Shown one piece after another: positions 27,890 through 36,490 of a DNA stretch of 64,000 nt. A model generated the notes under the pieces. The model was not told where the DNA came from, searched no databases, and saw nothing but the letters and a program-made list of their open reading frames with translations. Source of the DNA: a phage; the NCBI GenBank assembly GCA_029742005.1, contig GCA_029742005.1_4113.1; one strand, written 5' to 3'. Position 1 is the first letter of the stretch. Each line of letters starts with the position of its first letter. The translations under genes were made by a program, and so were the position numbers.

Positions 27890-28060
27890 CCTGGATGGAT
27901 TTTGGACGTAGATATGTCTAGCCCTCCAGAAGTCTGGAAGTAAAGATGGCTATCCATCTAGACGGCTAAACGGCTAGATTTCTGGATGGCTGGATGGCTA
28001 GACGTTTGGACGGCTAAACGGCTAGATGGTTACACGTCTGGAAGTATAGACGGCTAAATC
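27890..28060. repeat. iteron-like direct repeat cluster
   Basis: GACGGCTAAACGGCTAGAT at 27961 and 28009, partial at 28049; TCTGGAAGTA twice; palindrome AGATGGCTATCCATCT. Confidence 0.6.
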
Positions 28061-28816
28061 AAAATTTTATTTTGTTTTTTCCAATAGTTCCCCTACCGCG
28101 TGGGGATAGTTTCCCCGCAGTATCTGGAGTTAGATTTTTCTGAATCTGGAATCATTATCTTATAAACTGGGGGCAATGTCAACCGCCTGGACGGATATTT
28201 TTAAAAATTTTTTCAGTACTGAATTTTGGGCGTAACTATGCACCCGGTGGGCTATAGTCTTTCTCGACTTGATGGAACTATTATACAGTACTGAAAAAAT
28301 AAAGCAATACCCTGGAAGCAAAAAAGTTTTAATTAATTTGCTTGCCATCCTGGGCCGTACTATGGTACTATATTTCAGTACTGAGAAAGTGCGTTTACCT
28401 GCTAGGGTGCGGGAGTGTATCCTTTTTTTATATCTTGAATTTTGGGCGTAATTCCGCACCCTCTGGGGTTTCCGCTTTCTCGCGTCTATGTAGTAATTAT
28501 ACGCTTTTTCAGGATCAAGTCAATACCTAAAAACAAAATAATTGAAAATAATTTAACGCGTTTAAACGGCCCGTAACGCCCTGGAATGATTGGAATGGTG
28601 CAAATGTATAGCTTAGGTGTATTAATGCGTTAGAATGCGTCTGAGGCCGTTTTACGGGGTATGGGGATGATTTAGTGGATTGATTCAGTACTGAATGATA
28701 GTACTACTATATAGAAAGATAGTTCCCCTGGATGGTTGCAGTACTGAATGATAGTACTGAATAATAGTTCCCCTATATAGAAAGAAAACTATTTTAAAAG
28801 TATTTGTAGAAAGTAC

Positions 28817-28844
28817 TTGCAAACTATGTTTAACGGCGTATAAT
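28817..28844 (+). promoter_or_regulatory. promoter TTGCAA-16-TATAAT followed by 5' stem-loop at 28856-28877
   Basis: First PeSL-like unit of the 28.8-45.3 kb region. Confidence 0.6.
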
Positions 28845-28899
28845 GTTTTACATCGAGAGCGGGAACACTTCCCGCTACACTTTAAGAGAGATTAATACG

Positions 28900-29262
28900 A
28901 TGGCGACTCAAATCACTAAAATCATGCTTAACCTGGTAAACTTCCGCGATGAGATGAAAGGTCTTCCGGCTGAAACTGTAAAAATTCACATTGCAGCTTA
29001 TCGGGAACTTATTGCAATGTTGCCGCTTAAGCGTGAACAATACGCCGCTACTTTGATGCTTGATTCAATGATCCATATAATGATCTCAAATGATTTAACG
29101 ATGGTTTATCAGTATATGGGTGAATTGTTCGCGGTGTATAGTAAACCAGTACCAGGAATGGAAAGTACAGAAGTATTACACGGTTTAAATTTAAAACAAG
29201 ATGCATGGGATAATATGCCTCGTTTCCTGGTATGGGCTGACAGTGGCAAGATTTACGAATAA
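28900..29262 (+). CDS. hypothetical protein
   Basis: ATG after RBS and hairpin; track start 28843 lies in the promoter. Confidence 0.55.
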   Translation: MATQITKIMLNLVNFRDEMKGLPAETVKIHIAAYRELIAMLPLKREQYAATLMLDSMIHIMISNDLTMVYQYMGELFAVYSKPVPGMESTEVLHGLNLKQDAWDNMPRFLVWADSGKIYE

Positions 29263-29276
29263 GTTTTAGAAAGTAC

Positions 29277-29304
29277 TTGCAAACTAAGTTTAAAAGCGTA
29301 TAAT
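29277..29304 (+). promoter_or_regulatory. promoter TTGCAA-16-TATAAT followed by stem-loop GTGGGGAATAGTTCCCCAC
   Basis: Same architecture as 28817. Confidence 0.6.
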
Positions 29305-29355
29305 GTTTTACATCAGGTGGGGAATAGTTCCCCACTATATAAGAGGATTAAAAAA

Positions 29356-29595
29356 ATGGCTAAATCAAAAATGTTCTTGGGTCACAAAAACAAAACTCAT
29401 TGGAATGTAAGCCTTTGGATTAATAACGATGAGTCATTGTACCGGTTGGCCCAGGACTTTATTGCCGCCAATACTAATCGCAATGATGCGGCCCGTCATA
29501 TGATGTTATTTTTAGAACAGACTGGACAATATAAAACACCGGACGGATTCAAATATAGCACTACTGCGATCCGTGCGGCGATGGTTGGAATGTAA
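29356..29595 (+). CDS. hypothetical protein
   Basis: RBS AAGAGGA; MAKSKMF.. Confidence 0.55.
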   Translation: MAKSKMFLGHKNKTHWNVSLWINNDESLYRLAQDFIAANTNRNDAARHMMLFLEQTGQYKTPDGFKYSTTAIRAAMVGM

Positions 29596-29609
29596 TAGAA
29601 TTTATTTAA

Positions 29610-29643
29610 AGTACTATCGCAAAAAATGATAGTACTTTATAAT
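29610..29643 (+). promoter_or_regulatory. promoter with operator-like inverted repeat AGTACTATC-N9-GATAGTACT before TATAAT
   Basis: Perfect 9-bp arms; -10 at 29638-29643; weak -35. Confidence 0.45.
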
Positions 29644-29680
29644 AGTGTTTTATTCATACACCAACGATAAGGGCAACAGC

Positions 29681-29947
29681 ATGAATATTAAGTATTTTGC
29701 GACGCGTGAACAAGCTCGGATCGCCGCACGCCAGGACGGGGCAACGTTTAAAGATATGGGCGTACAATCGGAACGTGGTAAACGTTGGGCCATTATAAAG
29801 CGTAGTACCGCCAGATCATTACAGTACTGGCTATCTGCTTTAAAGCGTCCTGATAGTGTATCGCGTCGCGTGGTAGAAATAAAGCACGACCGCAAGGGCA
29901 ACCGCGTTACTGTGTACAGTACTAAAAAGATAGCAGTACTTGAATAA
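29681..29947 (+). CDS. hypothetical protein, KYFATREQAR family
   Basis: Paralog of 40678-41073 (shared ..FATREQARI.AR..G.TFKDMG.. and ..HDRKGNRVTVYS..). Confidence 0.55.
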   Translation: MNIKYFATREQARIAARQDGATFKDMGVQSERGKRWAIIKRSTARSLQYWLSALKRPDSVSRRVVEIKHDRKGNRVTVYSTKKIAVLE

Positions 29948-30131
29948 AAGTACTTGCATACTATGTTTAAAGGCGTATAATGTTTTACATCAGGACGGGG
30001 AACGAAATAAGTAACTTCCCGTTAAGTAGCCCAGGAGTAAGGCACACGAAAAACTCCCCTGATAAAATAGTTTGACAAATGTTTTTAAAAGCGTATAATA
30101 CTTACATCAACTACTGAATGAGGGTTACAAA
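29946..30131 (+). repeat. dual-promoter repeat unit, copy 1
   Basis: Near-identical to 39417-39601; promoters at 29954-29981 and 30072-30099. Confidence 0.6.
29988..30070 (+). ncRNA. candidate small RNA between tandem promoters
   Basis: Hairpin ACGGGGAA..CTTCCCCGT; no ATG-initiated ORF; conserved in second copy. Confidence 0.3.
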
Positions 30132-30743
30132 ATGAAAACTATCACTACTACTACTTTCGTTATGGCTTTTTCTGAATTGAACGCAGAACAACAAACGTCA
30201 GCTATCGAACTGGTTCGGGATCGGGAACGTTCAAGCGGTGATGATTTCTTTTCTGAGTCAGTGATCGAGTACTATAAAGAAACAGTACTACCAGAATATG
30301 GAATTGATGACGCTGATTTGCAATTCAGTGGTTTTTGGTCGCAGGGTGACGGTGCATCAATCAGTACTGACCACGTTGACGCAGTGAAGTTTTTACGCAA
30401 GATTAAAGCATTAACTAAGTATCGTTCTATCCGTCACCTGCTGAATGAAGATGATTTGGCGATGAGTGTAAAGCGTTCTCACTCCCACTACTCGCATGAA
30501 AACACTGTAAGCGGGTACATTGAATCGGGGTACACTGATTTAACCGCAAAACAAGAAACGTTAGTTAATGAGCTTGAGGAACTACTCACTGAAACTATTC
30601 GTGAATTATCCCGCAAGTTGTACCGTGATTTAGAGAATGCATATGAGGATCAATTCACTACTGAAAACATTACGGCACTGATTGAGGGTAACGAATATCA
30701 ATTCAATGTTATTGATGGCGTAGTAGAATCTATCGAATATTAA
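30132..30743 (+). CDS. hypothetical protein
   Basis: 203 aa after promoter 30072-30099. Confidence 0.6.
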   Translation: MKTITTTTFVMAFSELNAEQQTSAIELVRDRERSSGDDFFSESVIEYYKETVLPEYGIDDADLQFSGFWSQGDGASISTDHVDAVKFLRKIKALTKYRSIRHLLNEDDLAMSVKRSHSHYSHENTVSGYIESGYTDLTAKQETLVNELEELLTETIRELSRKLYRDLENAYEDQFTTENITALIEGNEYQFNVIDGVVESIEY

Positions 30744-30799
30744 TTCAGTACTGAATCAATGGCGGGAGTGGTTCCCGCCTATAACCAGGAGTAAGCATC

Positions 30800-31033
30800 A
30801 TGTTCGAACAAATTCAAACGACCACAAGCCGGAGCGGAACGAAAGTACATTACATCGCTGATACTGATAAAGGTGTACCCTATTGTGCTGTACACGTAAA
30901 TACTGACGGTGACTATTGGTTAACTGTATACGGGCGTTACTCGTTTGCTTTTAGTGCACATTGTAAGATCCTGGAAGTAGTGAAGCCTACCGGTAAGAAT
31001 ATCACGCCGGGAAAATGTTTTACTAAGCACTAA
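30800..31033 (+). CDS. hypothetical protein, family with 31955-32191
   Basis: RBS AGGAG; shares GVPYCAVHVNT..YW.TVYG.YSF and ..PTGKNIT. Confidence 0.55.
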   Translation: MFEQIQTTTSRSGTKVHYIADTDKGVPYCAVHVNTDGDYWLTVYGRYSFAFSAHCKILEVVKPTGKNITPGKCFTKH

Positions 31034-31119
31034 AAAGTACTTGCATACTAAGTTTAAAAGCGTATAATACTTTATATCGAGGCGGGGGAATGGTTCCCGC
31101 CTTTACTGAGGATTATCTA

Positions 31120-31407
31120 ATGAGCAAAGTAATTAACTATACAGTACTAAGCAAGTCATTATCTATTAGCCAGTGCACCGATGGTTTTTGGCTGTACGAT
31201 GAAACGCGTGGCATGAATTTAGCTATGCGGGAGAAAACTGCTGAGGCGGCGTATTTACAAGCCCTGGAATACTACCAGGAACGTTTAAAGGAAGTAGAAA
31301 ACAATTATCAAAATTTAAAAGAGAAAGTAGATAATTTCGTTGGTCAATTCGTTGACGATGACGAGGAAGACGGGCACTACTGCAACCGTTGCGGATCTTA
31401 CAATTAA
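31120..31407 (+). CDS. hypothetical protein with C-terminal CxxC
   Basis: Promoter + hairpin GGCGGGGGAATGGTTCCCGCC upstream; RBS GAGGA. Confidence 0.55.
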   Translation: MSKVINYTVLSKSLSISQCTDGFWLYDETRGMNLAMREKTAEAAYLQALEYYQERLKEVENNYQNLKEKVDNFVGQFVDDDEEDGHYCNRCGSYN

Positions 31408-31489
31408 GTACTTGCAATTAGTTTTCAGTACTGTATAATGGTTTACATCAAAGGGAGAAATGGTTCTCCCTGGTAATGAGGAAAATAAA

Positions 31490-31711
31490 ATGGCTAATAT
31501 CACTACTCTTTCCCAACTGGAAGCACTGGTTAAATCTATGCGGGAACATGCCGACAAAATCGGCGTACAAGATCCAGCCGTTTGCTTTTGCGACGAATTG
31601 AATGATGATACCCTGGTAATAGCAGAAGTCCAGGACGTTTCTAACTATTCCTCGCGTTACACTGGCGGCGTAGCAAATAAAGGTGACTTCTGTTTATACC
31701 TTACAAAATAA
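31490..31711 (+). CDS. hypothetical protein
   Basis: Promoter + hairpin GGGAGAAATGGTTCTCCC upstream; RBS GAGGAA. Confidence 0.55.
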   Translation: MANITTLSQLEALVKSMREHADKIGVQDPAVCFCDELNDDTLVIAEVQDVSNYSSRYTGGVANKGDFCLYLTK

Positions 31712-31714
31712 CAA

Positions 31715-31747
31715 CGCGGGGAGATAATAACTCCCCGTTACTTTTTC
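31715..31747 (+). terminator. rho-independent terminator
   Basis: CGCGGGGAG..CTCCCCGT hairpin + TTACTTTTTC. Confidence 0.6.
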
Positions 31748-31954
31748 AGTACTGAATCATTTAATAGACGGATCTATGCACCCGGTGGGTTAGTGACTGT
31801 TTCGTCTTGATGTAGTAATTATGCCAGTACTGGATGCACTTGTCAACAATTATTTTTCAAATACTTTTTATTAAAATACTTGCAATTAGTTTTTAAACGC
31901 GTATAATGTTTTGCATAGGGGGAGCGGTTCCCCTGGTAACTAAGGAATAATAAA

Positions 31955-32191
31955 ATGCTTGAACAAATCAAATCAACGTCTTCGAATGTAACGGGAACGG
32001 TAGCACACTTTACTAGTGATGAATCGCGGGGCGTTCCCTATTGTGCTGTACATGTAAACACTGAGGGTAACTACTGGTTTACGGTTTACGGTTCATATTC
32101 ATTTGGACGGCCAGGGCATCAAAAAATTCTGGATAAAGTACAGCCAACGGGTAAAAATATCACTGCTGAAATGTTTTATAAAAAATCATAA
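31955..32191 (+). CDS. hypothetical protein, paralog of 30800-31033
   Basis: Promoter + hairpin upstream; RBS TAAGGAA. Confidence 0.55.
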   Translation: MLEQIKSTSSNVTGTVAHFTSDESRGVPYCAVHVNTEGNYWFTVYGSYSFGRPGHQKILDKVQPTGKNITAEMFYKKS

Positions 32192-32275
32192 AGTACTTGC
32201 AATTAGTTTTTAGTACTGTATAATATTTTACATCGCAAGGGGGAGCGGTTCCCCCTGGTAACTAAGGATAATCAA

Positions 32276-32575
32276 ATGAAAATTGCAATCATCGCCCTGG
32301 CTTTATCTGTTTCCTCTTTCGCTGTTAATGCGTCATTAGATGTAAGTAGTGAAAAATTCATTCAGTGCACTGTTGCAATGACCGATGAAAGTACTGGCGA
32401 GATTGTTTTAAAGGATTTAGAGATCCAGCCGGAAGCATTTAAAAACGGGCCGTTCCATGAAGAAGACGAAAAAGGTAGCACGACAATTTATTACGATGCA
32501 AGTACTAAACGCGGTTCGGTCACTGTTATGGATACTGAGAAAGTAACTCATACTGGCGTTATTAATTGCCGTTGA
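32276..32575 (+). CDS. secreted protein with signal peptide
   Basis: MKIAIIALALSVSSFAVNA; promoter + hairpin upstream. Confidence 0.6.
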   Translation: MKIAIIALALSVSSFAVNASLDVSSEKFIQCTVAMTDESTGEIVLKDLEIQPEAFKNGPFHEEDEKGSTTIYYDASTKRGSVTVMDTEKVTHTGVINCR

Positions 32576-32596
32576 TAGATACTACGGGGTAACATC

Positions 32597-32827
32597 ATGA
32601 CTAAGCGAATTGTTTTACTTAACGAAAGCAGTACTACACAACTACTTAACGCCGTGCATTATGATATTGAAACGAGCGTTAATCTTATCAGTACTGTCGT
32701 ACTGTTGGACACTGGAAAGGTCGCCAATGATAAAGCGATTGCAGGTATACTAACGGATCTTGAGCCTGGTAGCAGTGCACCAATAACGTTAAATGGTAAA
32801 GTGTTTAACATTTTACTTACTGATTAA
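32597..32827 (+). CDS. hypothetical protein
   Basis: 76-aa ORF, terminator immediately downstream. Confidence 0.5.
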   Translation: MTKRIVLLNESSTTQLLNAVHYDIETSVNLISTVVLLDTGKVANDKAIAGILTDLEPGSSAPITLNGKVFNILLTD

Positions 32828-32833
32828 GTACAT

Positions 32834-32856
32834 AGCCCACCCGGTGGGCTTTTTTG
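32834..32856 (+). terminator. rho-independent terminator AGCCCACC-CGGTGGGCT + T-run
   Basis: Perfect stem + TTTTTTG. Confidence 0.7.
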
Positions 32857-33059
32857 TTTTTGTAGTATCGTAGTACTGAGATACTTTGAAAATAGTTTTA
32901 AAAAATAGTTGACATTACCGCAGAAAAGCGTAGAATGTATTACATCAAGACGGGGAGCACTAAGTAGACCGCCAGTAAGTCGAACGAAAAACTGGACACG
33001 TCGAGAAAACTTTGATACACTAATAAACGTAAACTAAACTTTAATTGAGGATTTATAAA

Positions 33060-33542
33060 ATGGCTAATGTAAAATCATTCATCAAAGCACTGGTAGCAAA
33101 TGAAACTAACGTCGCGGCAGAGATCCTGGCTGATCTGGATAACGATACCATGAAAGCGGTACGCAATAATTTTAACATCGCTTATAGTACTGCGAAAGAA
33201 CTACAAGCAAATAAAGCGGCAGAAATTGAAGCGGCAAAGGCGGCCCGTGAAGCAGAACTACAAGCAACAATTGAAAGTATCCAGGCGGCAGTAGTTGGAT
33301 TGGATCTGGAAGTAGTTACAGAGATGGCACAAAAAGCCCTGGCGGTTAAGTATGGGGAAGATAAGCCGGAATCTAAGCCTAAAAAATGGATTCAAAAACG
33401 TGTAGCGGTAGTACTGGACAACGGGGAAGAATATCTGATTCCGGTGCGTGGTAACTGCATTGCGGTAGTACTGGATGCGATTAACTCCAGTGGTATGACT
33501 CGCGAGGAATGGATCGAAGCTCATCGCAAAGTGGAAGCATAA
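33060..33542 (+). CDS. hypothetical Ala-rich protein
   Basis: RBS GAGGA; long 5' UTR after promoter TTGACA..TAGAAT near 32909. Confidence 0.55.
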   Translation: MANVKSFIKALVANETNVAAEILADLDNDTMKAVRNNFNIAYSTAKELQANKAAEIEAAKAAREAELQATIESIQAAVVGLDLEVVTEMAQKALAVKYGEDKPESKPKKWIQKRVAVVLDNGEEYLIPVRGNCIAVVLDAINSSGMTREEWIEAHRKVEA

Positions 33543-33563
33543 CAATTAAAGTACTGAATCACT

Positions 33564-33590
33564 AGCCCACCTTAAACGGTGGGCTTTTTT
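33564..33590 (+). terminator. rho-independent terminator AGCCCACC-TTAAAC-GGTGGGCT + T-run
   Basis: Stem + TTTTTTG. Confidence 0.7.
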
Positions 33591-33609
33591 GTGTTTATCG
33601 TTTACCAGG

Positions 33610-33679
33610 CCACCAGCACCGCCTAGAAACGATTCTAACGCATTAAACTGATTATCTGATGCATTGCCCTAGCTGGTGG
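33610..33679 (+). repeat. inverted Chi octamers separated by about 55 nt
   Basis: CCACCAGC at 33610-33617 and GCTGGTGG at 33672-33679. Confidence 0.5.
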
Positions 33680-33827
33680 CGTTAAGGCTGTAAGAACGCG
33701 ATTGAGAGCGTTTAAAGTATTTTGCAAAAAGTAATAAAAAGTACTTGCACGATTAAGAGATTAGCGTATAATGTTTTACATCGAGAGGGGGAAACGGTTC
33801 TCCTTCCAAATCAAAGGAATTAAAACA

Positions 33828-34055
33828 ATGGCTATCGTAATCACTCGCGTAACTGGTACTACTGGCAATTCTTCTACTGTTGCTGTAATTACTAATAAGA
33901 AAGGTGCGGAATTGCATTTTGCAATGGATAAATGGGCCGTTAATGAGTTCGGTCAGTGGGCAAGTGTAGCATACATTGAAACCTATCAAGTGCCGTCAAT
34001 TAGTTTAACTGATTTGGGCGTTGAGCGTATCCTTTGCCTGGATGAATTAAATTAA
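33828..34055 (+). CDS. hypothetical protein
   Basis: Promoter + hairpin upstream; RBS AAAGGAA. Confidence 0.55.
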   Translation: MAIVITRVTGTTGNSSTVAVITNKKGAELHFAMDKWAVNEFGQWASVAYIETYQVPSISLTDLGVERILCLDELN

Positions 34056-34141
34056 AAAAGTACTTGCAAAGTAAATCAGATAAAGTATAATACATTACAT
34101 CAAGGGGAGAAATGGTTCTCCCTGATAATGAGGAAACTAAT

Positions 34142-34285
34142 ATGAAAACTTGTCAATGTGGTAAAAAATCTATTACTGGTTTAAAGCGGGGCGTTGCACT
34201 TTGCCAGTACCATTATAATTTACAAGTATGGGGTAAAGAATGGGCCGACCAGGTGGAAGCAGCAAAGAAAGCAAAAAGTAAGTAA
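34142..34285 (+). CDS. small Cys-containing protein (47 aa)
   Basis: Promoter + hairpin upstream; RBS GAGGAA; CQCG..CQYH. Confidence 0.45.
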   Translation: MKTCQCGKKSITGLKRGVALCQYHYNLQVWGKEWADQVEAAKKAKSK

Positions 34286-34297
34286 AAATATTATCAC

Positions 34298-34333
34298 AGT
34301 ACTATTGACATAGTTTGATAGTACTGGCATAAT
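34298..34333 (+). promoter_or_regulatory. promoter TTGACA-17-CATAAT bracketed by inverted repeat CAGTACTAT/ATAGTACTG
   Basis: IR arms flank -35 and fill the spacer; same unit at 37151, 40593, 43371. Confidence 0.55.
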
Positions 34334-34366
34334 AGATTTTATCAAGACAACTAAGAGGAAATTAAA

Positions 34367-34711
34367 ATGGCTAATATCAACACTATCGCAAAACAAAATA
34401 TCAACCTGTCTTCTGTTGAAGTTGTACATATTGCCGCTCGGCGTTGGTTCCAGGCTTCATATGGTAACACTTATTTCTCTTTAAGTGTAGACGTAGAAAT
34501 TGATGGTAATTTTATTGAAGTAGTAAACGTGCCGTTCCAATATGGATACGGGGATCACTTTGACACTGTAGCAATGGAAGAATTTAGCAAGGTTATTAAT
34601 ATGGAAGATAAGGAGTTTACACGCGGAACGTACCTTTCACGTTTTTGCCGTGATAATAATATCACTGTTTATAGTTCTGTTAGTGATGTTAAACGCAAAA
34701 AAGATCTTTAA
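34367..34711 (+). CDS. hypothetical protein, paralog of 40255-40578
   Basis: Shared ..GNTY.S..V..YGYG.. and C-terminal VKRKKD. Confidence 0.55.
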   Translation: MANINTIAKQNINLSSVEVVHIAARRWFQASYGNTYFSLSVDVEIDGNFIEVVNVPFQYGYGDHFDTVAMEEFSKVINMEDKEFTRGTYLSRFCRDNNITVYSSVSDVKRKKDL

Positions 34712-34791
34712 TTAGCTTTACTTTATGCAGATACTTTGATATAGTGTCTGCATAGGGGAAAGAAATTAAATTAACTTAAGAGGATAGTATA

Positions 34792-35061
34792 ATGAAAAAT
34801 ATCAGTACTTTAATCGATGCAGGTACACATGTTCGGCGGTCAATGGTTGCAACCAGTACTACAAAACAAGTAGCGAGCGGTTATCTTGTATTTGTGCACG
34901 ATGGTAAACTCCTGGAACGTTCAATCAATTTTGATGTTAAAAACAATTGCCGTTTTATTATCTTTCGCCGTGAACAATATAAGATCGACATTCCAGCGAA
35001 GCCCATTAGCGGGGCGTATAACGTCTATTCATTGTTTGAGCGTCAACCATACACCTATTAA
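34792..35061 (+). CDS. hypothetical protein
   Basis: RBS AAGAGGA. Confidence 0.5.
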   Translation: MKNISTLIDAGTHVRRSMVATSTTKQVASGYLVFVHDGKLLERSINFDVKNNCRFIIFRREQYKIDIPAKPISGAYNVYSLFERQPYTY

Positions 35062-35112
35062 TCAAAACATCGTTAGCGGTTGATTTAGGCCGCTTATATT
35101 GAGGATTATACC

Positions 35113-35385
35113 ATGAACGTTAATCAAGTACTGAATGAGATCGAAAGCATCATTAAACCGATGAAGCGTACTGATGCTATGTTAACACCGGAAGAATGCC
35201 GCCTATATGAGCGTTATAGCGTCGAACAAGTCCAGGCAATGGCTATGGCTACCCCAGCCGTTAAACCGCCTGAGAATGCGTTACAGGACGTTACAGGGGA
35301 TTATATCATCAATCCAGTACTAGGGAAGATGGCTGCAATCACCGAAGATCAACAAGACTACTTAAGCCAGTACTTAAAAGGTTAA
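35113..35385 (+). CDS. hypothetical protein
   Basis: RBS GAGGA. Confidence 0.5.
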   Translation: MNVNQVLNEIESIIKPMKRTDAMLTPEECRLYERYSVEQVQAMAMATPAVKPPENALQDVTGDYIINPVLGKMAAITEDQQDYLSQYLKG

Positions 35386-35390
35386 TTAAT

Positions 35391-35600
35391 ATGCTTACTG
35401 TACAGGATAAGATCGACATCTTAAAGGTTAATATGTATGTGATTGATGCCGTACCTGGTAAAGTATTTGCATACGATGATAGTACTGTAAGCGATTTCTA
35501 CTATAGCCAGGACGTGGGGGATCTTTCTGTACAGTCGGTTATTGAAAACGTAGTTAATGCAGCGTATGAGCATTTACTTTCAAATAGTACTTGCAATTAG
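35391..35600 (+). CDS. hypothetical protein
   Basis: 69-aa ORF; weak RBS. Confidence 0.4.
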   Translation: MLTVQDKIDILKVNMYVIDAVPGKVFAYDDSTVSDFYYSQDVGDLSVQSVIENVVNAAYEHLLSNSTCN

Positions 35601-35669
35601 TTTTTAAACGCGTATAATGTTTTACATGAAGGGGAGAAATGATTCTCCCCACTAATTAAGGAATATGAA

Positions 35670-35816
35670 ATGAAAGCATCAAAAAAGAGTAATACCAAGA
35701 AAGCATGTTCACCTTTCGCTGGGGTATTCCCTTTACGTTTCGTTGATGAAGTAGTTTCCTACCCGCCGGGCCTTACTCCTGAGATGGTAGAAAGTTTGCG
35801 TAAATCTAAAAAATAG
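35670..35816 (+). CDS. small hypothetical protein (48 aa)
   Basis: Promoter + hairpin GGGGAGAAATGATTCTCCCC upstream; RBS TAAGGAA. Confidence 0.45.
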   Translation: MKASKKSNTKKACSPFAGVFPLRFVDEVVSYPPGLTPEMVESLRKSKK

Positions 35817-35897
35817 TACTTGCAATTAGTTTTTAGTACTGTATAATAGTTTACATGAAGGGGAGAAATGGTTCTCCCCAATAACAGGAGAATCAAA

Positions 35898-36050
35898 ATG
35901 AAACAATACAACGCTCGGTTTGATGTTACTATCGGTAACGGCAAAGGTCAATTCTCTTTCAGTACTCGCAAAAGTTATACAGAAAACTTCCTGCGTAATT
36001 GTGCACTGACCGCCGCACAAATTAAACATTATTTTCAGGCTAAAAAATGA
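35898..36050 (+). CDS. small hypothetical protein (50 aa)
   Basis: Promoter + hairpin upstream; RBS AGGAGAA. Confidence 0.5.
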   Translation: MKQYNARFDVTIGNGKGQFSFSTRKSYTENFLRNCALTAAQIKHYFQAKK

Positions 36051-36136
36051 AAACATTAGCTTACTATAGTTCGGCCCTGGTCGGTGCATTGATCGCGGCG
36101 TTGTTAGTAACCTATCTATTCTTTATGGTGATTTAA
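36047..36136 (+). CDS. tiny hydrophobic peptide (29 aa)
   Basis: ATGA overlap with upstream gene; one predicted TM helix. Confidence 0.3.
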   Translation: MKTLAYYSSALVGALIAALLVTYLFFMVI

Positions 36137-36280
36137 ATGAATCCAACAGGTTTAAACTATAAAAGTTGTTCGGCGTTTACGAAAGCAAATAAAGCGAATG
36201 CACGTAAAGCGAAAGTACAGGAATACATCAAGCAAGGCATGACGCGAAAGGCGGCGATTCTAAAAGCTAAAAATAAATGA
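36137..36280 (+). CDS. small basic protein (47 aa)
   Basis: Starts right after previous stop; Lys/Ala-rich; terminator follows. Confidence 0.35.
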   Translation: MNPTGLNYKSCSAFTKANKANARKAKVQEYIKQGMTRKAAILKAKNK

Positions 36281-36285
36281 AAAAA

Positions 36286-36319
36286 GTGGTTGACTCCGGT
36301 CAGCCATTTTGCTATTATA
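36286..36319 (+). terminator. terminator-promoter composite (hairpin with TTGACT, then TATTAT)
   Basis: TGGTTGACTCCGGTCAGCCA hairpin; -35 36290-36295; -10 36314-36319. Confidence 0.55.
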
Positions 36320-36490
36320 TATTCATTGAGAGATAGCTCACTAGCCCACAGGGTGCATAAGTGTATCTATTATATAAGTATTGAGTACTGAAAACTATTT
36401 TTAAAAAGTACTTGCAAACTATCTCAATTGGCGTATAATGTTTTACATCGCAAGGGGAAACGGTTTCCCCTGGTAATAAGGAAACGAATC

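Noticed and set aside
27890-28060. Possible CRISPR array in the repeat-rich non-coding region
   Set aside because: Repeats are irregular in length and spacing, partly palindromic and not separated by unique spacers of constant size; no cas genes nearby. More consistent with iterons.
26880-28840. tRNA genes in the non-coding region
   Set aside because: No segment shows the conserved T-loop (GTTCRANYC) together with an acceptor stem and a 70-90 nt cloverleaf; the hairpins present are simple stem-loops.
28843-28899. N-terminal extensions such as MFYIESG/MFYIERGK, MVLPGNE and MGNSSP on early genes (28843, 33771, 42750, 31460, 29317 and others)
   Set aside because: These are translations of the promoter -10 and 5' stem-loop; the same peptide recurs because the regulatory DNA is repeated. 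Real starts are the ATGs after the hairpin and RBS.
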